Assembly: GCA_964291625.2 (NCBI GenBank)
Contig: OZ220089.1
Location: 2,080,001-2,144,000, forward strand
Reading direction: 5' to 3'
From: Candidatus Latescibacterota bacterium
GTDB taxonomy: Bacteria; Latescibacterota; UBA2968; UBA8231
DNA: 64,000 bases
In this document: piece by piece, positions 1 through 9,983 of the stretch
How positions within the stretch are numbered: position 1 is the stretch's first letter
Layout: each line of letters opens with the position of its first letter
Program-made: the position numbers and the translations under genes
The notes under the pieces: generated by a model
Seen by the model: the letters and a program-made list of their open reading frames with translations, nothing else
Databases searched by the model: none
Told to the model about the DNA's origin: nothing

Positions 1-274
1 CACCGTGATCCTGCTGGCTCCCTCCCGGGCCACCTGTCTCTTCCGCGTCTTCAAGCGGAGCCTCCGGCGATGGGGACCCAGGCGGCGGGACCTGGCCCCC
101 GGGTGCCCGGAGCGGCTGCCCACTCTCGAGTTCCTCCGCTGGATCTGGAGGTACAACAGCATTCACCTGCCGCGCATCCTGCGGCGGCTGGAGCAGGTCC
201 GGGGGGAGAAGAAGGTGGTGATCCTGCGGTCGGATGCGGAGGTGCGGGACTTCCTGGACTCGCTGCGAGGGTGA
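1..274 (+). CDS. C-terminal part of adenylate kinase-like / DNA topology modulation (FlaR-like) protein, 5'-truncated by window edge
   Basis: Motif RxDLAPGCPER..EFLRWIWRY typical of FlaR-like P-loop kinases; stop at 274. Confidence 0.6.
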   Translation, partial: TVILLAPSRATCLFRVFKRSLRRWGPRRRDLAPGCPERLPTLEFLRWIWRYNSIHLPRILRRLEQVRGEKKVVILRSDAEVRDFLDSLRG

Positions 275-304
275 GGGAGGTCCCAGCGGAACCCGCGTTC
301 CCGG

Positions 305-1255
305 TCAGTCCAGCGGGAAGTCCGGCGGCACGTGCAGGGACCAGACCTCGCTGTCGAGCTCCTCGCCGTAGCCGCCGGCGACCCAGATCCTGTCGCGGAG
401 TACGTACGCCGAGTGCTCGTGGCGGGGGCTCCAGATCACACTCGACCTCACCTCCGTCCACCGGGCGCCGTCGCGGCTGTACCAGACGTCGCCGAGGTTG
501 CCGTCCTCGCGGTTCCAGCCGCCCAGGAGCCACATGCATCCCCGATGGACGACCACGGAGAACCAGATGCGCGGCTTCCACGGCGCCGCCTCGGTGACGC
601 AGGTCCAGCGGACGCCGTCCTCCGAGCACCACACGTCGTTGCGGGGGATCGTCTTCGGCCGCCAGGCGCCGCCCCCCATGATCCACAGCTTCCCGCCGAA
701 GACGGCGGCCTGGGCATGGGTGCGCTTGGGCCACTCGGCGCGGCGGGTCTCCAGGCGCCAGCTCTTCCCGTCGACTGAGGACCAGACGTCGTTCTTCAGG
801 GTGTCGGCCGTGTCCTCGTAGAAGTTCTCGGTGCCGCCCATGATCCACATGCGGTCCCGGAAGACGGCGAAGGAGGGCGAGACCCGGGGGCACCAGCCGG
901 CGCTGGCGTTCACCAGGGTCCAGTTCGCGCCGTCGGCGGAGGACCAGACCTGGTTGCAGTTGGCGGCGCCGGGCATGCGCCGGCCCCCCATGACCCACAT
1001 GCGGCCGCCGCAGGAGAGGGTGGCCGGAAGGTCCCCGTACTCCCACGGGGCCTCCTCGACCATGCAGGTCCAGTGGGCGCCGTCCGGCGACTTCCAGACG
1101 TCCCGGGGCCCCGTGGTCGTGGGCGAGAACCAGCCGCCCAGAATCCACAGGTGATCGTCGTGGACGAACTCCCCCTGCGAGTCCCGGGCCTGCCAGGGGG
1201 CCTGGCGGGTGACGCATTCCCAGTCGGGCCCCGGCTTCGTGCGGTGTTCCGGCAT
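305..1255 (-). CDS. Kelch-repeat beta-propeller protein
   Basis: Six repeats of W(I/V)(L/M)GG...(N/D)(D/Q)VWxSxDGxxW; probable ATG at 1255 (MPEHRTK). Confidence 0.8.
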   Translation of the reverse strand: MPEHRTKPGPDWECVTRQAPWQARDSQGEFVHDDHLWILGGWFSPTTTGPRDVWKSPDGAHWTCMVEEAPWEYGDLPATLSCGGRMWVMGGRRMPGAANCNQVWSSADGANWTLVNASAGWCPRVSPSFAVFRDRMWIMGGTENFYEDTADTLKNDVWSSVDGKSWRLETRRAEWPKRTHAQAAVFGGKLWIMGGGAWRPKTIPRNDVWCSEDGVRWTCVTEAAPWKPRIWFSVVVHRGCMWLLGGWNREDGNLGDVWYSRDGARWTEVRSSVIWSPRHEHSAYVLRDRIWVAGGYGEELDSEVWSLHVPPDFPLD

Positions 1256-1349
1256 CTCGTCCTCCGCGTGGCTGATGGCGGCAGAGGCGCCTAGACTTGG
1301 GGATTCCCAGCCCCAAGGCAAGTCACGCCCCTCTCGGAGTGAATCCCCC

Positions 1350-3476
1350 ATGCGACGAATGACCCTGACCCTGCTCCCTCTGCTCCTGGCGGCCGGCGCC
1401 CCGGCCCAGGAGGACGGCCTCGTGGCCCACTACCCCTTCAACGAGGGCGAAGGCACCGTCGCCCGCGACGCCGGCGGCCACGGTCTCCACGGTGTCATCC
1501 ACGGGGCGGAGTACGTCAAACTGCCGGAGGGGTACGCCCTGCGCTTCGACGGCCAGGACGACCACGTGGAGGTCCCGGACTCGGAGCGGCTGCGCTTCAG
1601 TGGGCCGCACACCGTGAGCTGCTGGATCAACACGCCCGTCAACTCCTCGCAGGCGGTGCTGGCCAAGAACGGCTGCAGCATCCTGCGCCAGAACTACCGT
1701 CTCAGCCTCGAGCGGAACCGGGTGAACTTCAACGTCACCGACTGTCCCGAGGGCAGGACGGCGGGCGGGCCCGGCCCCGGCCAGCAGACCTGGGCCCACC
1801 TGGCCGGCACCTTCGAGGACGGCGAGGTCCGGGTCTACGTGAACGGCCAGCTTCGGGGAACGCAGGACAACGACCCCTTCGAGGCCGGCACCCTGGAGGC
1901 GTCCTTCTACGTGGGGACCCGCGTCTACGGTCCGGGCCCGGGCGGCTTCTTCACCGGCCTGATCGACGACGTCCGGCTCTACGGCCGGGCCCTCTCCGAG
2001 GCCGAGATCGCCGCCCAGTACGAGGCCGGGAAGGAACTGAGGATCTCGGTGCTGGACCGCATGAAGGCGCGGATTTCCCCGGTCTCGGAAGAGGACACGA
2101 CGCCCCCGGCCCTCGTCCTCCCCCGTCCGGTGCCGGACTCGACGGTGGAGGGTCCGCCGGTCCTCTCGGCCGGGTTCCGGGAGGACGGCTCGGGGATCGA
2201 CCCCGCCTCGATCCGGATCCTGCTCGACGGCGAGGACGTCACCTCCCGCGCCGAGATCACAGGGGACGGGTTCCGCTACGCCGCCGGGAGCCTGGCCGAC
2301 GGCATCCACCGGGTGGACGTCTCCCTCTCCGACCGGGCGGGCAACGCCGGCAACCGGCTGCGCTGGCGCTTCGGCGTCAACGCGCCCGTCCCGGTGGTGT
2401 CGGGCTTCGACGGGGACGTCTTCCGCGTCAACGGCGAGCCCTTCTTCCCGGTCGGCATCTACTCCTCCAACGTCTCGCACAAGAGTCACATGCCCTACCT
2501 GGCCCAGGCGGTCGAGGCCGGGATCAACTACAAGCTCATCGGCGAAGCCTCCACCCGGACCCTGGACGACCTGCTGGCCGCGGGAATGAAGGGGCTCATC
2601 CACTTCTACTACGCCTCCCAGGCCCTGGGCCGCGGCGACCCCGGCCATCTCACCGACCTGATCGCCCGAGTCAAGGACCACCCCGCCACCCTGGCCTGGT
2701 GGAACGAGTACGCCAGCGAGAACCAGGCGGCCCTGGCCGCCGAGACCTACCGGTTCATCCGCGAGAGAGACCCGAACCACCCCGTCACCTTCATGCTCCA
2801 GTGGGGAGGTGCCCTGGGCGACGCCTACTTCGTCTACTCCTACCCCATCCTCAACCCGCTGCTGCCCGACAACTCGATCACCTCCATGGACGAGCTGACT
2901 CTCGACGCGGCCTTCGAGGCCGCCGGACCCGAGGGCAAGCAGGTGTGGTTCTGCTCCCAGACCTTCGACTACCGCCTCGACAGCAACCGCGGCCGGATCG
3001 TCACCCTCGAGGGGGGTTTCCGCCCCAGCCGCGAGGAGATCCGGGCCATGAACTACCTGGCCCTGGCCCGGGGCGTGAAGGGACTCGTGTTCTACGCGGC
3101 CGGGGGCAGGATCCCCGATACCCCGTACACCAACGACGTGGCGATCTATCCGCGGCAATGGACGGAGGTCCTCAAGCTCTCCGGCGAGATCCGCCATTTG
3201 GCCCCGACCCTGGCCGCGGGCGCCGCGGTGCAGAGCGTGCAGCTGGAGCAGGAAGGGGAAGCCATCCAGTTCACGGAACGGCTCCACGACGGCGTCCACA
3301 CCCTGATCGCCGTCAACGTGACGCCGGAGCTGGCCCTCGGCACGTGGCGCTTCGACCGGCCCGTGCGGCCCCTGGCGATGTTCGAGGACCGCGCGGCCAG
3401 CACCGAGTCCCGCGGCTTCACCGACCTCTTCCAGCCCCTGGAGGTCCACGTCTACCAGTGGCCGGAGGCCGACTGA
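1350..3476 (+). CDS. Secreted LamG-like domain + Ig-like + putative glycoside hydrolase-like TIM-barrel protein
   Basis: Signal peptide MRRMTLTLLPLLLAAGAPA; GLVAHYPFNEGEG, W.HLAGTF, FTGLIDDVRLY (LamG_3); later PFFPVGIY...LAWWNE...EEIRAMNYLALARGVKGLVFY. Confidence 0.7.
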   Translation: MRRMTLTLLPLLLAAGAPAQEDGLVAHYPFNEGEGTVARDAGGHGLHGVIHGAEYVKLPEGYALRFDGQDDHVEVPDSERLRFSGPHTVSCWINTPVNSSQAVLAKNGCSILRQNYRLSLERNRVNFNVTDCPEGRTAGGPGPGQQTWAHLAGTFEDGEVRVYVNGQLRGTQDNDPFEAGTLEASFYVGTRVYGPGPGGFFTGLIDDVRLYGRALSEAEIAAQYEAGKELRISVLDRMKARISPVSEEDTTPPALVLPRPVPDSTVEGPPVLSAGFREDGSGIDPASIRILLDGEDVTSRAEITGDGFRYAAGSLADGIHRVDVSLSDRAGNAGNRLRWRFGVNAPVPVVSGFDGDVFRVNGEPFFPVGIYSSNVSHKSHMPYLAQAVEAGINYKLIGEASTRTLDDLLAAGMKGLIHFYYASQALGRGDPGHLTDLIARVKDHPATLAWWNEYASENQAALAAETYRFIRERDPNHPVTFMLQWGGALGDAYFVYSYPILNPLLPDNSITSMDELTLDAAFEAAGPEGKQVWFCSQTFDYRLDSNRGRIVTLEGGFRPSREEIRAMNYLALARGVKGLVFYAAGGRIPDTPYTNDVAIYPRQWTEVLKLSGEIRHLAPTLAAGAAVQSVQLEQEGEAIQFTERLHDGVHTLIAVNVTPELALGTWRFDRPVRPLAMFEDRAASTESRGFTDLFQPLEVHVYQWPEAD

Positions 3477-3508
3477 CCCCGACGGCGGCGCGAGACACGG
3501 GAGGATCC

Positions 3509-4264
3509 ATGTCACAGGCTGAGCCAACGGCCCGGGTGGCCATCGTCACCGGCGCCGCCCAGGGAATGGGCGCGCAGATCGCCCGGACCCTGGCCGAGGA
3601 CGGTGCCCGCGTCGTGCTCTGCGACCTGAACCGCCATCGGGTCGAGCGGACCGCGGCCGAGATCGACCCCGACGGGACCCGCGCCGTGGGCCGGCGCACC
3701 GACGTGACCGACGAGTCCGCCGTCGACGAGCTGGTGGCCGCGGCCCTGGAGAGGTTCGGCAGGGTCGACATCCTCGTGAACAACGCCGGCGTCCTGCGCC
3801 CGACGAGGATCGAGGAGATCTCGGCGGAGGAGTGGGACCTCGTGGTGGAGGCCAACCTCAAGGGGACCTTCCTGTGCAGCCGGGCGGTCCTCGGCCCGAT
3901 GAAGGCGAACGGGTACGGCCGCATCATCAACATGTCGTCGTCGGCCGGCCGCAGCGTCAGCACCCTCGGCGGCGCCCACTACACGGCCGCCAAGGCCGGG
4001 GTTCTCGGCTTCACGCGGGCCCTGGCCAAGGAAATGGCGCCCCACGGCATCACGGCGAACTCGATCTGCCCCGGCCTGATCGACACGGAGATGGTCCGCG
4101 CCAACTGCCCTCCCGGGCGGCTGCGGGCCTACGAGGAGAGCTTTCCCATCTCCCGCCTCGGGACGCCCGACGAGGTGGCGCGGCTGGTCCTGTTCCTGGT
4201 GAGGGACGCCCCCTACATCACCGGCGCCGCCTTCGACATCAACGGCGGCGATCTGATGATCTGA
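3509..4264 (+). CDS. Short-chain dehydrogenase/reductase (FabG-like)
   Basis: GGAGG SD; [12 protein letters not shown], YxxxK (YTAAK), DINGG. Confidence 0.9.
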   Translation: MSQAEPTARVAIVTGAAQGMGAQIARTLAEDGARVVLCDLNRHRVERTAAEIDPDGTRAVGRRTDVTDESAVDELVAAALERFGRVDILVNNAGVLRPTRIEEISAEEWDLVVEANLKGTFLCSRAVLGPMKANGYGRIINMSSSAGRSVSTLGGAHYTAAKAGVLGFTRALAKEMAPHGITANSICPGLIDTEMVRANCPPGRLRAYEESFPISRLGTPDEVARLVLFLVRDAPYITGAAFDINGGDLMI

Positions 4265-4278
4265 GCGATTCGGGAGGA

Positions 4279-5464
4279 ATGATGTACGGAACGATGAAGG
4301 AACACCTCAAAGACCAGCTGGCGCAGATCGAGGAGGATGGACTCTACAAGCGGGAGCGGGTGGTCGCCGGGCCGCAGCAGGCCGTGGTCGACGTGGCCGG
4401 CCGCCGCGTGCTCAACATGTGCGCCAACAACTACCTGGGCCTGGCCGGCCACCCGGAGATCGTCGAGGCCGCCCGGGCGAGCCTGGACGAGTGGGGCTAC
4501 GGCCTCTCCTCGGTGCGCTTCATCTGCGGCACCCAGCCGATCCACCACCAGCTCGAGTCCCGGATCGCGGAGTTCCTCGGCACCGAGGCGGCGATCCTCT
4601 ACAGCTCCTGCTTCGACGCCAACGGCGGCCTCTTCGAAACCCTCCTGGGGCCCGAGGACGCGGTGATCAGCGACGAGCTGAACCACGCCAGCATCATCGA
4701 CGGCATCCGCCTCTGCAAGGCGAGGCGGTTGCGCTACCGGAACTCGGACCTCGAAGACCTGAAGGCGAAGCTGGTGGAAGCCGCCGGCTGCAGGTTCCGC
4801 CTGATCGTCACCGACGGCGTGTTCTCCATGGACGGCATCATCGCCGACCTGAAGGGGGTCTGCGACCTGGCCGACGAGCACGGCGCCATGGTGATGATCG
4901 ACGACTCCCACGCCGTCGGCTTCCTGGGCGAGAACGGCCGCGGCACCCACGAGCACTGCCAGGTCCTGGACCGCGTCGACATCATCACCGGCACCCTCGG
5001 CAAGGCCCTCGGAGGCGCCAGCGGCGGCTACACCAGCGGCCGCCGGGAGATCGTCGACCTGCTGCGCCAGCGGTCGCGGCCGTACCTGTTCTCCAACACC
5101 CTGGCGCCGAGCATCGTCAGCGCCTCCCTCAAGGCCCTGGAGATCCTCTCGGCTTCCGAGTGAGCTGCGCGACCGGCTCCACGCCAACACGAGGTACTTC
5201 AAGGCCGCCCTGTCGGCCCGCGGCTTCGACCTCAACGACGGCGAACACCCCATCGTCCCCATCATGCTCGGCGACGCCGTGCTGGCCCAGAAGGTGGCCG
5301 CCCGCCTGCTGGAGAAGGGCGTCTTCGCCATCGGCTTCTTCTATCCCGTGGTCCCCGAGGGCCGGGCGCGCATCCGCACCCAGATATCCGCGGCGCATAC
5401 CCGGGAGGACCTGGACTTCGCGGTCCGGGCCTTTACCGAAGTCAAGGAAGAGTACGGGCTCTAG
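4279..5464 (+). CDS. kbl: Glycine C-acetyltransferase (2-amino-3-ketobutyrate CoA ligase), +1 frameshift near 5156-5161
   Basis: [49 protein letters not shown]; C-terminus (ELRDRLHAN...[21 protein letters not shown]) continues in another frame. Confidence 0.9.
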
Positions 5465-6549
5465 CTCGAGTCGCCGCCGGCCTCGGCCACGCGTTGCCGC
5501 TGCCACGGCTGGCGCCCGCCGTAGAACTCGCCTTCGTCGAAGGAGGGAGCCGCCGGCGGCGGCGATGACCTCCGCCCGTAGACGACCAGGTCCACGAATC
5601 CGCCGCCGACGCGCAGCCGGGCCTTGTAGCGCGCCTCCTCGGCGAACCCGGCCTCCTCCAGCAGCCGCTTCTGGTCCTCGTCGCAGTCGGCGGCGTGCAC
5701 GCTCAGCGCCGTAATGCCCAGGGCGGCGCAGCGCTCCACGGCCGCGCCCAGCAGGGCGGCGGAGCGGCTCGCGAAGGCCGGCGCCACGCGGAAGCTCAGC
5801 ACGGCCGTGTGCTGCTCGGCGAAGGTGTCCCGCCGCTCGGCCGTGGCCAGGCCCACCAGGCGGCCGGCGGCGTTCTCCAGGGCCACGCAGACGCCCCTTC
5901 CCCCCTTCAGGCGCAGGAAGGTCTTCAGGAAGTGGCTCTCGTAGCGGGTGTCGTGGAAGCACCGGCTCAGGGAGTCCTTCACGATCCACCGCGGCTCCGG
6001 ATGGTTGAAGAGGGCGGCCGCCCGGGGCAGGTCCGCCAGGGTGGCGTCGCGGACCACGGCCGGACCGCCGCCGCCGAGGTAGTCCCGGTCGAACTCCCCG
6101 GCCCCGGGCGCCAGGTAACGCATCCCGTCCCCGACCAGATAGCGGAACCCGCGGCTCTCGTAGAGCCGGCCGGCATGGGGGTTCGTCGTGCACAGGTAGA
6201 GGGCCAGTCCCCCGGCCCGGGTGAAGTCCTCCACCAGCCGTCCGAGGAGGGCCGCGGCGACCCCCTTGCGCCGGTGGGCCTCCGTTGTCGAGACGAACTC
6301 CACGATCCCGATCTCGCGGCCCTCGGCGGGGGTCCAGCAGCTCATGTATCCGGCCCGCTCCCCGGCGATCTCTCCCAGGTACCAGGGGGTGTAGAGCCAC
6401 GGCCGCAGTTTCCCCGCCATCACGTCGCCGGCCGCGTCCCCCCACCAGCAGAGCTCCTCCCCTCCGCCGGGGAAGGGCGGCTCGCACACCCGGACGGTGA
6501 GTTCCTCCCCGGTGCCGAGCCGGACCGTACTGTTCTCCGCTGAGTTCAT
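5461..6549 (-). CDS. Tandem GNAT-family N-acetyltransferase
   Basis: VSTTEAHRRKGVA acetyl-CoA motif, AGRLYESRGF; second GNAT-like half. Confidence 0.75.
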   Translation of the reverse strand: MNSAENSTVRLGTGEELTVRVCEPPFPGGGEELCWWGDAAGDVMAGKLRPWLYTPWYLGEIAGERAGYMSCWTPAEGREIGIVEFVSTTEAHRRKGVAAALLGRLVEDFTRAGGLALYLCTTNPHAGRLYESRGFRYLVGDGMRYLAPGAGEFDRDYLGGGGPAVVRDATLADLPRAAALFNHPEPRWIVKDSLSRCFHDTRYESHFLKTFLRLKGGRGVCVALENAAGRLVGLATAERRDTFAEQHTAVLSFRVAPAFASRSAALLGAAVERCAALGITALSVHAADCDEDQKRLLEEAGFAEEARYKARLRVGGGFVDLVVYGRRSSPPPAAPSFDEGEFYGGRQPWQRQRVAEAGGDSS

Positions 6550-6568
6550 CACCCTCTCTCCTGGTCTG

Positions 6569-7726
6569 CTATCCGCCCCCGGCCCGCGCCCGCCGGACCG
6601 CCGCCACCACCGCCCAGTAGACCGCCGCCTGCACGATCCCCGAGCCTGGCAGGATCTCGATGTCGTATCCCGGCACCGGCGTCACGGCGTCACCGAAGGG
6701 CCACTTCGGCCGGATGACGTGGTCCGGCGCCGGCGGCGGGTGGTCCGTGCCGTCGCCGGTGATCACCTCGACGATCCGCGCCCCCGCCCGTCTCGCGGCG
6801 GCGTAGGCGTCCACCGGCCGCCGGTAGTACCCGAGAAAGAACAGCAGATCTCCCGGCCGCAGCTTCTCCTCGAGCTCGCCCACCCGCGGGGACTCCCCCC
6901 GCAGCCGCGCCAGGGGCCGCATGTACGGCGGATCCCCCGGCGCCCCGAGCTGATACATGGGGAAGTGCGAGATCAGGCCCGCGTGAATTCGGCCGCCCGC
7001 CGCCAGGACCTCGGCGCAGACCGCCCCGACGGCCTCGATCGCACCCGCCTCCTCCTCGATCAGGGCCCGCAGGATCGCCCCGATGCGGTCCAGGTAGTCG
7101 CGGCCCAACCGCCCCGCGGGGATCGCCGGCACCCGGTGGGTCTCGTGGAAGGGCGCGTCGGCGAAGCGGGCGTTGCGCTCCCTCGCCCCCGGCACCAGCA
7201 CGCTCTGGTACATGGCGGGCATGCGCCCGGCGCGGGTGAGGGCGGCCACGATCTCCCCGGTGAGCGCCCACAGGAGGAGCAGGCTCTGCAGGGAGGTGAG
7301 CGGGTAGGCCTCGCCGCCGAAGAGAGCGGCCGCCTCCTCGCGGGGAGGGACCGGGCTGTCGAGGAGGATATCGTCCGGCCGCGGGTTGTCCCCGGGTCGC
7401 TCGGCCGGACCGATGGCGGCGACCAGAGCGCCCGATGAGCGCAGGCGCCGCAGCAGTTCCCGCTCACGCTCCGGCGGGGCTCCGGTCCAACCGAGGATCA
7501 CCGCGTCCTCCGGCGAGAGCACCGTCTCCGGCGTCCACTCCTCCGCCAGCATCAGCCCCCCGGAGCGGGTATAGCCTTCCGATGTGAAGTCGGGACGGAC
7601 GCTGGCCAGGAAGAGCCTGCCCCCGGCCTCGAGCCGCGCGGCGATCCGCCCTGCTGCGTCGGAGACCGCCGGCAGGCGCTCTCCCAGGCCGTCGACACCT
7701 GCCAGCAGCGCTTCGAGATAGCCCAC
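6569..7726 (-). CDS. Hypothetical protein with two SIS (sugar isomerase)-like half-domains
   Basis: GTG at 7726; duplicated YL..I...I..A...IA..L.AGGRL pattern and PMY(Q/S) as in GmhA/SIS_2-like folds. Confidence 0.5.
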   Translation of the reverse strand: MGYLEALLAGVDGLGERLPAVSDAAGRIAARLEAGGRLFLASVRPDFTSEGYTRSGGLMLAEEWTPETVLSPEDAVILGWTGAPPERERELLRRLRSSGALVAAIGPAERPGDNPRPDDILLDSPVPPREEAAALFGGEAYPLTSLQSLLLLWALTGEIVAALTRAGRMPAMYQSVLVPGARERNARFADAPFHETHRVPAIPAGRLGRDYLDRIGAILRALIEEEAGAIEAVGAVCAEVLAAGGRIHAGLISHFPMYQLGAPGDPPYMRPLARLRGESPRVGELEEKLRPGDLLFFLGYYRRPVDAYAAARRAGARIVEVITGDGTDHPPPAPDHVIRPKWPFGDAVTPVPGYDIEILPGSGIVQAAVYWAVVAAVRRARAGGG

Positions 7727-7737
7727 GGAAGGGGAGG

Positions 7738-9060
7738 TCAAGCCTCGACGGCCAGCTCCAGGGCCCGCAGGGCGCCGGCCGCCAGGGCCCGGTCCGCGTC
7801 GTCGGCCAGCATGCGCCCCTGGTGGCGGGCCCTCGCGTCGAGGACCTCGTAGCCGCCGTGGGGCACTTCCTCGCTCGTGGGCACGTAGCCGATGGCGCCG
7901 TTGGCGTAGCCCACCGGCAGGGTCATGGCGAAGGGCGAGGCCTCGGCGATGGCCGTCCCCGTCTCGACGAAGATCTCCCCCGGCAGGCCGACGAGGGCCA
8001 CGTCGTCCAAGGCCAGGGCCTGGATCTCCAGGGGCAGGCCCGACGCCACGGTGCCGCGCCGGTGGGCCTCCAGCCGCTCCCGGGCGGCGGTGTAGTGGCG
8101 GCAGACCCGCCAGTCGCGGTGGAACTCCCCCTTCAGCTGGCGGAAGGCGGGCTCCCACTCGGCCAGCTCGCGCTCGCACTCCTGCAGCGGCGGCATCGGC
8201 TCCAGGGGCAGCTCGAAGGCGTGGCTGGCGCAACGGAGCCGCCCTCCCCGCCGCATCTCCCCCGCCTCCCCGATTGTCTGCAGCACGGCGCCTCCGGCCC
8301 TGGTGCCGTGCATCCCGGCCAGCTCGTAGGTGCCCCGCGGGTGGGGGTTGATGTTGCCGGCGCAGCCGTTGAGGAAGAGGGCCGTCTCGCCCCGGCGCTC
8401 GTCCTCGATCTTCCGCATGGCCACCCCCATCCAGTCGGCGGTGAACAGGTAGTTGTCGCTCACCAGGCAGGTCCCGTGGGCGGCGTGCTGCCAGAGCACG
8501 ACCAAGGGCGTGCCGTCGAGGCGCTCGAACCAGACCACGTCGACCCAGGGCGCCACCGGCCCCTCCGGGTTCACGCCGATGCGGGTGGTGCCGTCCGCCT
8601 GCCGCTCCCGGCGGTTGACGCCGACCCGCAGCGGCTGCCGGCCCGTGCCCCAGCGCACGGGCCCCGCCGCCGTGGCCGCCTGCAGGGCGGTGCCGGCCAT
8701 GAAGTGGCAGAGGGCGTCGATGAAGGTCGCCTCCGCCTCCTCCAGCTTCCTGAAATCGGTGTACATCAGGGGGCCGCCGTGGGTGTGGGAGAAGGCGAGG
8801 AAGACGTGGTCCGCCGGCACCCCCGTGGCCCGGTTCACCAGCTCGCGCACCCGGGCCACGTGCTCGAAGCGCATGCCGATCAGGTCGCTGCTGATGATCA
8901 CCGCCCGGGTGGTGCCGTCGTCCAGGTACAGGGTGTGGGCATTCAGGTGGTCGTGGACGCCCTCGGCGCCGTGGTCGCGGGCGCCGTACCCGCCCATGGG
9001 GTGCCCGGTGGGCGGCGTGATCCGGGCGCCTCCGGCGCCGGCCAGCAGCTGCTTCGTCAT
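7738..9060 (-). CDS. Neutral/alkaline ceramidase N-terminal-like (amidohydrolase) family protein
   Basis: ITPP...MGGYGAR...GVHDHL, SHTHGGP, NGCAGNINP, LPGEIF, GYANGAIGYVP...GGYE. Confidence 0.75.
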   Translation of the reverse strand: MTKQLLAGAGGARITPPTGHPMGGYGARDHGAEGVHDHLNAHTLYLDDGTTRAVIISSDLIGMRFEHVARVRELVNRATGVPADHVFLAFSHTHGGPLMYTDFRKLEEAEATFIDALCHFMAGTALQAATAAGPVRWGTGRQPLRVGVNRRERQADGTTRIGVNPEGPVAPWVDVVWFERLDGTPLVVLWQHAAHGTCLVSDNYLFTADWMGVAMRKIEDERRGETALFLNGCAGNINPHPRGTYELAGMHGTRAGGAVLQTIGEAGEMRRGGRLRCASHAFELPLEPMPPLQECERELAEWEPAFRQLKGEFHRDWRVCRHYTAARERLEAHRRGTVASGLPLEIQALALDDVALVGLPGEIFVETGTAIAEASPFAMTLPVGYANGAIGYVPTSEEVPHGGYEVLDARARHQGRMLADDADRALAAGALRALELAVEA

Positions 9061-9180
9061 CTCGTCTCCTCTCTCTGTCCCGAAAGATAGCCGGAGGCCC
9101 CGGCCCGGGTAACCGCGGGCCTTGCACTCCCCCCGGCCCGGGGCTTTGATCCCTCCCATCCCGATTCCCTGGAGGTTTCC

Positions 9181-9978
9181 ATGTTGACCGACCAGCAGCT
9201 CGAGCACTTCCGGACCTTCGGCTTCGTCACCCTCCGCGGCCTCTTCACCCCGGAGGAGGTGGAGACCCTGCGCGACGAGTACGAGACCGAGCTCGACCAC
9301 GTCTACGCCGACCAGCCCTTCACCGGGGAGAAGCGCTACTGGGCGATGATGCTGCACCCGCGCACCCCCCTCTTCGCCAGCCTCCTCGAGGACGAGCGGT
9401 TCTGCCGGGTCGCCGAGCAGCTCTACGGCGAGGACGTCATCGGCATCGGCACCGACGCCAACCGCTACGTGGGCGACACCCGCTGGCACCCCGACCACCG
9501 GGCCGATCCGGACGAGGACTGCCACGGCGTCAAGTTCGCCTTCTACCTCGATCCGGTCGACGCCGCCAGCGGCGCCTTGCGGCTCATCCCGGGGTCGCAC
9601 CGCCGCGGCTTCCACGAACACCTGCGCGACTCCCTGGGAGCCCTCGAGCTCGAGGTCGCCCATGTCCCCGCGTACGTCTGCCGGTCGGAACCCGGCGACG
9701 TGGTCGCCTTCGACATGCGCTGCTGGCACGCCAGCTCCGGCGGCGGCGCCGGCCGCCGCATGTGCACCTGCGTCTTCTACAACAACCCCCGCGGGGAGGT
9801 CGAGGAGGCCGCCGCCCGCAAGCGCGCCGTGGGCTCCAGGGACGTGGGCGCCCAGTTCGGACGGCCGGGAGAGCCCGCCTATCCGCCAGAATGGCTGCGG
9901 AATCCCGCCGGCAGCCCGAGGCGGGGCCGCTGGCTGCGCAGGATGGAGGAGCTGGGGTACTTCGAGTTGCCTGCCTGA
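9181..9978 (+). CDS. Phytanoyl-CoA dioxygenase (PhyH) family Fe(II)/2OG enzyme
   Basis: GGAGG SD; LTDQQLEHFRTFGF, WHPD (HxD), LRLIPGSH, PGDVVAFD...WHAS. Confidence 0.85.
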   Translation: MLTDQQLEHFRTFGFVTLRGLFTPEEVETLRDEYETELDHVYADQPFTGEKRYWAMMLHPRTPLFASLLEDERFCRVAEQLYGEDVIGIGTDANRYVGDTRWHPDHRADPDEDCHGVKFAFYLDPVDAASGALRLIPGSHRRGFHEHLRDSLGALELEVAHVPAYVCRSEPGDVVAFDMRCWHASSGGGAGRRMCTCVFYNNPRGEVEEAAARKRAVGSRDVGAQFGRPGEPAYPPEWLRNPAGSPRRGRWLRRMEELGYFELPA

Positions 9979-9983
9979 TCCGC

